DNA of 38,848 bases from a virus (taxonomy: Duplodnaviria; Caudoviricetes), in the IMG/VR virus record IMGVR_UViG_3300022178_001342, positions 1 to 38,848 of that record, one strand, 5' to 3'. Position 1 is the first letter of the stretch. Each line of letters starts with the position of its first letter. Under the pieces are notes generated by a model. The model did no database searches. It was given only the letters and a program-made list of their open reading frames with translations, and had not been told where the DNA came from. Positions 25,345 to 33,411 of this stretch are shown in pieces. The position numbers were made by a program, and so were the translations under genes.

Positions 25345-25515
25345 TTACTTTTTCTTTACCGCGCCGCCCTTGGCGTAACCTTTTTTCTTCATCATAGGAC
25401 CGCCGTTCTTGCGTTTAACTGCGCCACCCATTTTCATCTTCTTTACCGCGCCGCCCGCTTTCATCTTCTTAGCAGCGCCGCCCTTGGCGTAACCCTTTTT
25501 CTTCATCATAGCCAT
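25345..25515 (-). CDS. 56-aa Lys/Met/Gly-rich peptide built from five GG-tag repeats (missing from the ORF track)
   Basis: Manual translation: MAMMKKKGYAKGGAAKKMKAGGAVKKMKMGGAVKRKNGGPMMKKKGYAKGGAVKKK*. AAGGA RBS upstream; fills the gap between the flanking genes. Confidence 0.88.
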   Translation of the reverse strand: MAMMKKKGYAKGGAAKKMKAGGAVKKMKMGGAVKRKNGGPMMKKKGYAKGGAVKKK

Positions 25516-25526
25516 TTTAATATCCT

Positions 25527-25895
25527 TTATGTGCTAACTGAACCAGTTGTACGTTTTCTTTTACCAGACATTACTCTTCCGCATCCACGGGCAACCACTC
25601 CTTTTTTGTTGGGCGGCGGCGCTTTTCTTTTCGCTTTGATTTCGCCCCCAAGGAACGCATATTTAACTTCAGCGGCTTTGGTGTTTTTGACGTTGGTTTT
25701 ACCTTTAGAGCCTTCTCGTTTTTTCTTCTGAGCTGTTGAAGCTCTTTCTGATTGGGAAAGAGAAGCCGCCTTAGATCGCGGAAGACATCGGTCAGGGTTC
25801 TTCTTATCTTTAGAAGTGCCGCACTTACCTTTAATTTTTCCATCGGTTCCAATTCTAACCCAATCCTGTTTTACCCAATCCTTTAAAGCACCCAT
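25527..25895 (-). CDS. Small basic hypothetical protein
   Basis: 122 aa, K/R-rich; LKDWVKQDWV..KCG..RCLPRSKA; carries YAFLGGEI and ARGCG. Confidence 0.78.
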   Translation of the reverse strand: MGALKDWVKQDWVRIGTDGKIKGKCGTSKDKKNPDRCLPRSKAASLSQSERASTAQKKKREGSKGKTNVKNTKAAEVKYAFLGGEIKAKRKAPPPNKKGVVARGCGRVMSGKRKRTTGSVST

Positions 25896-26089
25896 TATGC
25901 TGACGCCTTCTTCTTACCCTTGGCTCCTTTGGCATAGTTCGGGTCTTTGCAATACTTGGATGCCGCCATGTTAGCGTAAGCGGAAGGATAAGTATCAAAA
26001 GTTCTTTGAGCCCACGCCTTACCCGCAGGGCAAATCTTGCTACCCTTGGATTTCTTGGACGCACCCTTGGACTTACGTGAGTATGCCAT
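25895..26089 (-). CDS. Small basic hypothetical protein
   Basis: 64 aa; ICPAGKAWA..YPSAYANMAASKYCK; coupled to the next gene. Confidence 0.78.
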   Translation of the reverse strand: MAYSRKSKGASKKSKGSKICPAGKAWAQRTFDTYPSAYANMAASKYCKDPNYAKGAKGKKKASA

Positions 26090-26103
26090 TAACCGTTGCC
26101 CCT

Positions 26104-26289
26104 TTAATCGTAGTACGTAGCTAGTTCTTGTATTCTAGCTGTGTTATTTTCAACAACTTTAAGTAGTGCCTCGGTATCCGCATAAAGTAGTGCCGTTAAA
26201 GTGTGTAATTCAAACAATGTAACGCCCATCCACCCCAAATAAGCTAAAAAAGCCGCGCCACATAAACCTGAAAAAACATCGCGCTTCAT
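26104..26289 (-). CDS. Small predicted membrane protein
   Basis: N-terminal hydrophobic helix followed by a short coiled-coil-like tail. Confidence 0.6.
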   Translation of the reverse strand: MKRDVFSGLCGAAFLAYLGWMGVTLFELHTLTALLYADTEALLKVVENNTARIQELATYYD

Positions 26290-26290
26290 G

Positions 26291-26569
26291 TCAACACTTC
26301 CACCGTTTTCTAGCTTGGCGTAAACGACTGTTCGGGTCCTTAGCCGCCTTCGGAAACTTCTTCATCTGACCCGCGGACCGCGCACAAAAAGACTTGCGCC
26401 GCTTGGCGTCTTTGCTTCCCGCTTTTACCTTGCCCGTAACCGCGGTTTTTAGCTTTGATCCGGGGTTCTTGGCTCTGTAAGCCTTCACACCCTTCTCTGT
26501 CATTCCCGCCCCAGACTTAGTGGAGCGGAAATTAGTCTTGTTTCGCGCAGGCATTTTGCCCTTAGTCAT
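26291..26569 (-). CDS. Small basic protein (DUF6321-like)
   Basis: GAGMTEKGVKAYRAKNPGSKLK..RRKSFCARS..DPNSR....RKRWKC; family assignment from memory. Confidence 0.72.
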   Translation of the reverse strand: MTKGKMPARNKTNFRSTKSGAGMTEKGVKAYRAKNPGSKLKTAVTGKVKAGSKDAKRRKSFCARSAGQMKKFPKAAKDPNSRLRQARKRWKC

Positions 26570-26966
26570 ACTTCTTACGCATATACAAAATAATAGTATA
26601 TGTATCTGCGCTGGTGTGACCTACCGTAGTGAAGCTAATGTCGCCCGTTTTTCCGCTGCCCGCGTTGTTGGTTAAGCCGCCAAACGCAGTATAGTCGTGA
26701 TCCCCACTTTGGTTCTCACCAAGTTCAATGCAAAACGCGTCAGTAGTTGCATCAAACAAAATCTTAACTTTCATGCCAATGCACTGCCACCAAATACGTT
26801 CAATAACAACACCCGTACAGGTGTCGCCATCAACGCTGGCCTGTAGCGCGGAAACATCTACTTTAACAACAGCCGATTCTCCGGTGCCGTCTGATACGTT
26901 AGTAAACTTCATCACGACTTGTTTGCCGCCGTCGATTAGCGTCTGTGACGTTACAGCATCTGCCAT
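26562..26966 (-). CDS. Putative virion structural protein
   Basis: 134-aa beta-rich ORF downstream of the capsid genes, with an AGGAG RBS. Confidence 0.65.
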   Translation of the reverse strand: MADAVTSQTLIDGGKQVVMKFTNVSDGTGESAVVKVDVSALQASVDGDTCTGVVIERIWWQCIGMKVKILFDATTDAFCIELGENQSGDHDYTAFGGLTNNAGSGKTGDISFTTVGHTSADTYTIILYMRKKYD

Positions 26967-26978
26967 GTCAAACTCCTA

Positions 26979-27005
26979 TAAGAAAGGCGGGGCGCTAACC
27001 CCGCC
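26979..27005 (-). terminator. Possible weak intrinsic terminator/hairpin
   Basis: On the minus strand GGCGGGG-ttagcg-CCCCGCC followed by TTTCTTA. Confidence 0.55.
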
Positions 27006-27015
27006 AAATTAAACA

Positions 27016-27624
27016 TTAGGCTGCGAAAACAAACGTACCTGTAGTACCCGCGCCGAGATGCTGGAAGTTATACGAAACATTCCACAGACCCGCTGTTGTA
27101 CAGGTGAAGTAGATATATGAACCAATGCTCATCAAGTTCGTTGTTGCGTTAGCCGGAGTGAACTTCAACAAAGTTTCCCCAGCAGTTGACGTATCAAACG
27201 TGACCGCGGAGCTAGTTCGACTCTCTATAATGCTGCCTGTTTCATAAGCGTCATCACCCGCGCAATCAAAACTCAAGAAAGCAGTTCCGCCAGTAGTATC
27301 AACTGACTGAGCGTGGATACACACAACACCGACTGTTGCCGCTGGAAGAGTAGTAACCTGTTGCGCTCCGCCTGTGAACGGGTTGATGTTAATTCCAGCG
27401 ACATAGGAAACAGTGCCCGAGGTGGCTTTAGCCGTAACAGTAAGACCACCTAAAGTAGGCATTCCGCCCGAAAATACAGAACCCGCTACCGTAAGATTGC
27501 CGCCAATTGTGGCGTTCGTTCCATAAGTAGAATTTGTTGTGTCTGCGCCTGTCGAAGTGTTTGTTGTAATAGATTGAAATCCGTCTTGCGAACGTACTGG
27601 TCCGCTAAAAGTAGAGTTACCCAT
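27016..27624 (-). CDS. Putative capsid decoration/head fibre protein
   Basis: Immediately after the major capsid gene; N-terminal STFSGPVRS motif; Thr/Gly-rich beta character. Confidence 0.62.
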   Translation of the reverse strand: MGNSTFSGPVRSQDGFQSITTNTSTGADTTNSTYGTNATIGGNLTVAGSVFSGGMPTLGGLTVTAKATSGTVSYVAGININPFTGGAQQVTTLPAATVGVVCIHAQSVDTTGGTAFLSFDCAGDDAYETGSIIESRTSSAVTFDTSTAGETLLKFTPANATTNLMSIGSYIYFTCTTAGLWNVSYNFQHLGAGTTGTFVFAA

Positions 27625-27700
27625 GATTATCTCCTGTCGTGGGTTAAGTCAGCCACACAACGCGACTGTCAGGGATGCTGAACTATACCGCAGTAAATAC

Positions 27701-27732
27701 AAAAAAGAAAGGGGCAACCGAAGCTGCCCCTT
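27701..27732 (-). terminator. Rho-independent terminator after the major capsid gene
   Basis: AAGGGGCAGC-TTCG-GTTGCCCCTT followed by TCTTTTTT; contains a C(UUCG)G tetraloop. Confidence 0.9.
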
Positions 27733-27754
27733 AAAACACAAAGATGTGGTTAGC

Positions 27755-28663
27755 TTATGCTCCGGGGGTTCCGAAGACGCAGCGCCAATCTGATACACCA
27801 AACGAGTAACGCTCACGCGCTTTAAAACGCATGTTGCCAGTGTCAAAGTCACCTTCCATCGCGGTTTTGATAGCCGCACGGTTAAAGTACTTGAAGCCGT
27901 TTGGAGCGTCTGTCTTGATGAAGTACGCGTCGGTATCTGTGAGGTAGTGGTTAACAACCGCACCCTCGGGAAGCATACCCATGTTCTTCATCGCGTTGTT
28001 GTCGTTGTCCGACGTACCGCTACGAAGCGCAGAGTTCATCACACGTTCCGCAATAAACTGAAGCTCTTTTGGAATGATAAGTTTCGTTCCACGAACCGCA
28101 ATTTTAAGACCACGTTCATCGGTGAAGCCCGCAATGTCGATTAGCATCTGCTCAAGCGAAGTTTCGTTGAGGTCAGCCGCAACAGCCAGAAGGTTAGTCT
28201 GGGTTCCCGACAGAGAAGGGTGTGAAGCAGAGCAAAGAGCCGCGCCGTCACCAATTACGTTTGCACCAGTAGAAAACGCGTTGTTCAGGATAGACGCAGC
28301 TTTGATCTGCTTTGTCGTAGCCATCGAACGAGCCAACGCTTTGGTGTAACGCGAAGCCAGACGATCATAAAGATTGTCTTCGATTGCTTCCTCAGTGATT
28401 GAGAAGGCAAGCGCAATGGTTTCGTGAGTGTAACGAGCGGTGTAAGTCTCTTGAGCGTCGTCAAAAGAAATTGCCCCACCTTCACTCTTAACAGGTGCTG
28501 TTGCGAAACCTCCGAGCATAACTTCTTCTTCGAACGCCCGATCCGAGCTTTCTTCGTCAAAGATTTCACTATGTTCGTTTTCGTAACGTCCAAACTCCAG
28601 CCCAAACAATGCGTTCAGTCCCGGTTCTAGCTCTTTTGCTAGTTGTGCGCGAGAAATAGCCAT
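27755..28663 (-). CDS. Major capsid protein (HK97 fold, Mu gpT-like family)
   Basis: MAISRAQLAKELEPGLNALFG, ARYTHETIALAFSITEEAIEDNLY, GDFDTGNMRFKARERYSFG; strong AAGGAG RBS and a downstream terminator. Confidence 0.92.
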   Translation of the reverse strand: MAISRAQLAKELEPGLNALFGLEFGRYENEHSEIFDEESSDRAFEEEVMLGGFATAPVKSEGGAISFDDAQETYTARYTHETIALAFSITEEAIEDNLYDRLASRYTKALARSMATTKQIKAASILNNAFSTGANVIGDGAALCSASHPSLSGTQTNLLAVAADLNETSLEQMLIDIAGFTDERGLKIAVRGTKLIIPKELQFIAERVMNSALRSGTSDNDNNAMKNMGMLPEGAVVNHYLTDTDAYFIKTDAPNGFKYFNRAAIKTAMEGDFDTGNMRFKARERYSFGVSDWRCVFGTPGA

Positions 28664-28675
28664 TTTCTAAGCTCC

Positions 28676-29320
28676 TTATACGCCTGTCGTAGAAACAGTG
28701 CCCGCTGCAATAGAGCCCGTAGGCGCATTGAAGTGGTTGTTTATACGAACAATGAGAGGGATACCCGCACTTGTGAAGTCATTATTAGCAGGATCGTCTA
28801 AGATACCCATAATTCTGAGAGCCAAAGTGTTGGTGGTTGCGATAGTGTTCAGATCAGCCGTTGCCGAAGACAACCCTGTTGAAGTCGAACCGCTGTTACC
28901 TGTAGCAAGCGCAATGTTTGCAAAAACCGCGGCGCGAATTTCCGCTTCAGTGTTTGCCGCAGCCACAACATTAGATGTTGCAATCCGAAACAACTGATTT
29001 GGATCATCGTAAAGGAAGGCTTTGACCGGAAAGTCGCTATCTGCGCCTGATCCGGGCCAAAAGTTAGAAAACACGGGCTTACCCGTGGTATCCGAAACAT
29101 ATTCACACCCGCCAAAAACTCCAGCTATTGACACGTTACCACCAGCCGCAGCCTGTAGATCGTCAATAACACCCGCGGCCAACGGAATAACCGCCATGCC
29201 TTGGAAAATTGGATTAGAGTTGTCAGATGCGATACGATACTCGGTCATGCCAGTAGAAGAGACAGAAGAACCCTGTCTGCTTATTGGACGAAGACCATAA
29301 GACGTTTCTGTATTCGCCAT
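28676..29320 (-). CDS. Putative capsid cement/minor capsid protein
   Basis: YGLRP..IFQG..V..GVFGGCEY..DDPNQLF..VRINNH; directly upstream of the major capsid gene. Confidence 0.65.
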   Translation of the reverse strand: MANTETSYGLRPISRQGSSVSSTGMTEYRIASDNSNPIFQGMAVIPLAAGVIDDLQAAAGGNVSIAGVFGGCEYVSDTTGKPVFSNFWPGSGADSDFPVKAFLYDDPNQLFRIATSNVVAAANTEAEIRAAVFANIALATGNSGSTSTGLSSATADLNTIATTNTLALRIMGILDDPANNDFTSAGIPLIVRINNHFNAPTGSIAAGTVSTTGV

Positions 29321-29344
29321 TATCTTTCTCCATTAAAGGAGGAG

Positions 29345-29803
29345 CTAGTTCTTCCTAGGTCCACCAAAGGTTACACGAGACTGACGATCTGGTTTATTGA
29401 TCGTCATGGTTGAATGTGCATTCTCTCGCATCATGTCGGAGTCAACTGCTTCCATCTGGTCCCTATTTCTACTGGAGAAATAAGACGTTCTTTCCGCAAC
29501 TGTCTCTTCGGGAATACGAGCCAGCATCAAACCGCCAATTCCAAACACACCTTCGTATTTACCTGATTCAACTACCGGAGACTCAAAGTCAGGGTATTCG
29601 TCCTTACGGACAAGTTCCCAACCTTCGCGCATCTTGGCGCTGATGTTTTTAGTATCGTCAAAGCCCCGAGTTTCGGAACGAATCCAACGATGCTTGTATC
29701 CATCCGGTGCAGGTGGTGCGTCTAGCATAGACGGGGGAGCCCACGGCTTACGCGCAACCGTTTTTTCCCGAGTTGTGTTAGCGCGAGGAGTTCTGTCTGT
29801 CAT
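29345..29803 (-). CDS. Conserved head-module protein of unknown function
   Basis: WAPPSMLDAPPAPDGYKHRWIR..REGWELV..GGLMLARIPEE; lies between the scaffold and capsid genes. Confidence 0.75.
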   Translation of the reverse strand: MTDRTPRANTTREKTVARKPWAPPSMLDAPPAPDGYKHRWIRSETRGFDDTKNISAKMREGWELVRKDEYPDFESPVVESGKYEGVFGIGGLMLARIPEETVAERTSYFSSRNRDQMEAVDSDMMRENAHSTMTINKPDRQSRVTFGGPRKN

Positions 29804-29807
29804 AGCT

Positions 29808-30647
29808 TTAATCCTTCACGTATTTCGCGTATTCACTTAGTGGCACACCCAATTTTTTCGCTATTGCGACTTGGCTAGGGGTGAGTCTAACCTTCCTTCC
29901 ACTGCGCCCAGAGGTACTTCTTGAAACCCCAGCAACCGTCTGTGCGGGCCGTCTACTGGTAGTATTTGCAGGCACTCTAAACTTATCCGAAATGCGCTGA
30001 TCTAGTTCACTATAGTAGTCATCGCTCTGCGGGTCAAATCCTTCGTCTTCAACCAGCTTTTTATGAATACCAAAAGCAGCAAAAGTCATGGCCTCGTCTT
30101 GACCAAACCAATCATTTTGTTCCGCCCATTCTTCGGCCTTGCGGTCAGGGCGTTTGACTTGCTGTTGTTGCTGCACCTGTTGCTGTTGTTGCGGCTGTTG
30201 AGACGCGGTTTGCCGCTGACGCTCCTGCTGCATTTTAGCCTGAGACGCCCTGTCGTTCTCAATAGACAGAGAAGTTAGCTTGCGCTGCGCCTCTACCGCC
30301 GCTTGCGTATCCCCAAGCTCCATAGCCCTAGCCATTTCTTTCTCGGTCTGGGCAAGCTGTGTCTCCACACGCGTGGTATATTCATTAACGTAGCTGTTAT
30401 CCAAACTGGACATACGCTGCTTTAACGAATTAGCTTCCGCCTGAACATGCTTTGCGTAGTTCACAGCTTCGTTTTCACGACGCTCCGCCTCGCGCATCTT
30501 CTTGGTAAGGCGGTTTATCCGCGATTGAGTAGCGTTCTCCGCTTGCTCAAACTGGTCCTCAGAACCTGCGGTAGAAGTTTCTTCAACAGAAACCTCCGTT
30601 GCGCTCGAACCTTCCAGTTCCAGTTCAATTTGATCGTCTTCTGCCAT
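29808..30647 (-). CDS. Putative capsid scaffolding protein
   Basis: Acidic N-terminus, long coiled coil, WAEQNDWFG, and a C-terminal helical hairpin LTPSQVAIAKKLGVPLSEYAK. Confidence 0.72.
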   Translation of the reverse strand: MAEDDQIELELEGSSATEVSVEETSTAGSEDQFEQAENATQSRINRLTKKMREAERRENEAVNYAKHVQAEANSLKQRMSSLDNSYVNEYTTRVETQLAQTEKEMARAMELGDTQAAVEAQRKLTSLSIENDRASQAKMQQERQRQTASQQPQQQQQVQQQQQVKRPDRKAEEWAEQNDWFGQDEAMTFAAFGIHKKLVEDEGFDPQSDDYYSELDQRISDKFRVPANTTSRRPAQTVAGVSRSTSGRSGRKVRLTPSQVAIAKKLGVPLSEYAKYVKD

Positions 30648-30656
30648 TGTTTTCTC

Positions 30657-31112
30657 CTAGAAATGCAAAATATCTTCGGGGTCAGAAATCTTGGCTAAGA
30701 TTTCATCGTCATTAAGAATACGGACCTCGCCACCGTCGATCTTAAAGCGCGAACCCGCGTAACGGGCAAACATTACCCAATCACCCTTCGCGCACCACGG
30801 ACCATCTGAAAACTTAGCCTCGTCCTGATACGCCAGTTCCCCGACCTTCAAGACATACCCAACCTGCGTAGATACAGATTGTTCCTCAACTACTTTATCC
30901 GGTAAATATATGCCGCCATCCGTCTTGCCTTTCCCCTTGTATGGGAGAATCAACAGACGCCATCCCGTAGGAGTGGGCATTTTTTCTAAAAGAGACTGAC
31001 CCAAAGAATCTGGGTCCAACGTCCTTGTTACTTCTGCTTTGTAAGCATCTTCTAAGTTCGCCACGCCTTCTCTAGCCGCGGTTAAGTCTATTGCATGTGC
31101 TTTAGTCAACAC
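30657..31112 (-). CDS. groES: Co-chaperonin GroES (Cpn10)
   Basis: PTGWRLLI, mobile loop KTDGGIYLP, VLKVG, GDWVMFARYAG, ILNDDEILA. Confidence 0.92.
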   Translation of the reverse strand: MLTKAHAIDLTAAREGVANLEDAYKAEVTRTLDPDSLGQSLLEKMPTPTGWRLLILPYKGKGKTDGGIYLPDKVVEEQSVSTQVGYVLKVGELAYQDEAKFSDGPWCAKGDWVMFARYAGSRFKIDGGEVRILNDDEILAKISDPEDILHF

Positions 31113-31299
31113 TACGCTCCTGTTTATCTAGCAGGCCCTTGAGTTCCTGTTCCACGTGATTTAGGGCCTCTAAGTTACCCATAAGCTCACGATATTGCTC
31201 TTGTGATTTAACGTTGCCGTACTGCATTAGATCAACAACGCCTTGTCTCCTTTCCCTTATAACGCGAAAAACTGCTTCTGCAACGCGTATCTCATCCAT
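31102..31299 (-). CDS. Hypothetical protein
   Basis: 65-aa helical ORF overlapping the groES start; GGAG RBS. Confidence 0.72.
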   Translation of the reverse strand: MDEIRVAEAVFRVIRERRQGVVDLMQYGNVKSQEQYRELMGNLEALNHVEQELKGLLDKQERSVD

Positions 31300-31345
31300 T
31301 CCCAGATTCTCCCATTTAATCTTATACGGGAAACTTACTTGTTTT

Positions 31346-31558
31346 TTAGTAAACGTGCAACGAGTCGTCCGTAATTTTTACTGGCAGGCAATAAGCAACC
31401 GCTCTGTCAGAAGTTGTAATACCGTGAGTGCTATAACGCTCCACAAGCGCCTTGGCTACCCTGTTACACACGTTTAACTGGTAGAAATACAAATCATTTA
31501 TAACCAAAGACCGCGCGTCCCCATACCCAAGATACAGCATAAGGACGAACGCGTGCAT
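31346..31558 (-). CDS. Small hypothetical protein (hydrophobic N-terminus, two Cys)
   Basis: 70 aa; TAATG coupling to the endolysin gene. Confidence 0.65.
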   Translation of the reverse strand: MHAFVLMLYLGYGDARSLVINDLYFYQLNVCNRVAKALVERYSTHGITTSDRAVAYCLPVKITDDSLHVY

Positions 31559-32010
31559 TAAAACACAACTTCAAAGTGTGGGGCGTCAATAAACGGTCTG
31601 CGGCCCTGTGATCTTCGAATGTCAATGTAGCTGTTCATTGCATTTTCCGCGGTTCCGTCCCACGCACCAAGATCATCTATCGTCCAAGCCGCTCCCCAAC
31701 GGAGCTTTACCCCCGCTGCCTCGGCAGCTTCCTTCATGGCATCCGCAATCTCGTCGTATAGATTTAACTCCCAACGCCCGCCGTTGCAATAAGCCATCAA
31801 ATCAACGGCATTGCCGTCAATGTGTTTCGACTTCATCGTCTGAGAAGCCCCTTTTGCAACCAGAACGCGTTGTTCTTCTATTGTTCTCAACCCGCAGATG
31901 ACCGAAAAGTCCTGCTTCGTAACGCCGATAGCGTATTTCACGACCGTTACCAGATCGTCGTTGACACCTTCTAGCCTTGACAGGCTTCGTTTTCCTAACT
32001 TGTAGCCCAT
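31558..32010 (-). CDS. Endolysin, peptidase M15 family (L-Ala-D-Glu peptidase-like)
   Basis: GLRT..EQ, SKHIDGNAVD (Zn ligands H and D), DAPHFE (third ligand H). Confidence 0.9.
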   Translation of the reverse strand: MGYKLGKRSLSRLEGVNDDLVTVVKYAIGVTKQDFSVICGLRTIEEQRVLVAKGASQTMKSKHIDGNAVDLMAYCNGGRWELNLYDEIADAMKEAAEAAGVKLRWGAAWTIDDLGAWDGTAENAMNSYIDIRRSQGRRPFIDAPHFEVVF

Positions 32011-32012
32011 AG

Positions 32013-32468
32013 TTACTTCCTCGCATACTTAGATATTGCCCGATTTCCAAACCAAAAAGCTAAGACTGCCGACATAAGTCCGGCTGTTTCTGGGTCCCAC
32101 ATAAGTTCAACAGCTTCCGTCCATTCGCCGCCAGACTGCCCTACTTTAACCATAATAACTACTTTTGTAGCTACGAACAGTCCGAAAAAGGCATAAGTAA
32201 TGACAGGACGCACAGAACCCCGAAGAGCGTTGATAAATCCGCCAGCGTCAATAGATCGGTCATGCTCATACAACCCCTTCGTTTCCGCGATATCTGCCTG
32301 TTTATCTAACTCAACCAGCTTCATCTCAGAACGCTTCTGCGCCAACTGCGTTTCAAGCTGCATCATCTCCATACGATGCTTCTGTTGCTGGTTAGCCTTA
32401 AAATAGCTAAGAATCTCGGGGAGAAAAGAACTCCCAAAGCCCAGTAAACTTCCTAACAGCGCCATCAT
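32013..32468 (-). CDS. Holin-like membrane protein (3-TM, GTA-holin-like)
   Basis: LRGSVRPVITY, a TM segment and AVLAFWFGNR; directly upstream of the endolysin. Start reassigned to MMALLGSLLG at the ATGA overlap. Confidence 0.72.
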   Translation of the reverse strand: MMALLGSLLGFGSSFLPEILSYFKANQQQKHRMEMMQLETQLAQKRSEMKLVELDKQADIAETKGLYEHDRSIDAGGFINALRGSVRPVITYAFFGLFVATKVVIMVKVGQSGGEWTEAVELMWDPETAGLMSAVLAFWFGNRAISKYARK

Positions 32469-32665
32469 TTCTCTGATCCTAACCATACCGCAAACGCGCC
32501 CGTCATGGACCCAGAACAAATTGATATCATCGCGGACTGCTGTGTGGACAAATCCTCTAAAGTCATCCCCCACTCCAAAACCCGTATATACATCACGGTC
32601 ATTACAAACATCATAAGTCTCGGCATAAGACGATATTCTAGTATAGTCTTAAAAGTTATAGACAT
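32465..32665 (-). CDS. Small 2-TM membrane protein (holin/antiholin-like)
   Basis: Two hydrophobic segments (PRLMMFVMTVMYI; AMISICSGSMTGAFAVWL) within the lysis cassette. Confidence 0.65.
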   Translation of the reverse strand: MSITFKTILEYRLMPRLMMFVMTVMYIRVLEWGMTLEDLSTQQSAMISICSGSMTGAFAVWLGSEK

Positions 32666-32931
32666 TAGAACCCTCCTTTCAGGCCATCTAATATTTCCGA
32701 TAAACTAGGGCGTTTATCTTTCTTCTCGTAAACACACATAAAGACTTTCGGACACTCTGAAAAACTAAGCGTAGGGAAATGATATCCCAACCCACCAAAA
32801 CCCGCACTGAATCTATATACACATACCTTTTGACCACCTGCGTCCGTAAACCTTTTCCATAAGTTACATTTGACATGCGTTGGATTTGCTACGCCCGCAA
32901 GCGCAACAGACAAAACTAAAACCGAAATCAT
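32665..32931 (-). CDS. Small Cys-containing protein with a signal-peptide-like N-terminus
   Basis: MISVLVLSVALAG followed by four Cys. Confidence 0.65.
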   Translation of the reverse strand: MISVLVLSVALAGVANPTHVKCNLWKRFTDAGGQKVCVYRFSAGFGGLGYHFPTLSFSECPKVFMCVYEKKDKRPSLSEILDGLKGGF

Positions 32932-33407
32932 TGCGTAACCAACACAATTAAATAAACACCTCCGCCAAGCACTCCAATAATCCCCAACGACAGGACGGCA
33001 ATAGCCATGTTATTCTGTATCTGACGTTTTGTTTCCATTGCTTTGTAAACCGTTGCTTCCCGCTCTGCGCGTATCTTGCGCCGCATACCTAACATCTCGT
33101 CGTAAGTACCTAAGCCAAACCGATAATCCAGCATGAACTTGATTTCTTTCTCTTTCTCCAAAAGAGTCTTCTTGCGGATTACGATATCCATAGCTTGCTG
33201 CTCTATGTTATCGGTGCCGAGAGTCTTCTTATCTAACCATGTAGGAGTTTTTCGCTGCGTCTCAGCCTTGGAAATATCCGCAACCGCAGAATACCAAGCC
33301 CCAAGCTGCTTGCTGACGTCCTGCATTTCGCGTCCCGCGCCAACCAACATTTTCACGCCCTTAAAGGCGGCATTGGCTGCGGCAAAAGCCGTTACAGGAT
33401 CAATCAT
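32928..33407 (-). CDS. Hypothetical membrane-anchored coiled-coil protein
   Basis: MIDPVTAFAAANAAF N-terminus, charged helix and a C-terminal TM segment. Confidence 0.75.
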   Translation of the reverse strand: MIDPVTAFAAANAAFKGVKMLVGAGREMQDVSKQLGAWYSAVADISKAETQRKTPTWLDKKTLGTDNIEQQAMDIVIRKKTLLEKEKEIKFMLDYRFGLGTYDEMLGMRRKIRAEREATVYKAMETKRQIQNNMAIAVLSLGIIGVLGGGVYLIVLVTQ

Positions 33408-33411
33408 AGCA

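Noticed and set aside
27649-27963. 104-aa ORF overlapping the MCP 3' end as a frameshifted capsid extension
   Set aside because: It runs through a strong intrinsic terminator and no slippery site was evident.
32469-32573. ORF-track N-terminal extensions (also 18543-18578, 24663-24689, 36513-36527)
   Set aside because: They overlap upstream genes; downstream ATGs have better RBSs or stop-start coupling.
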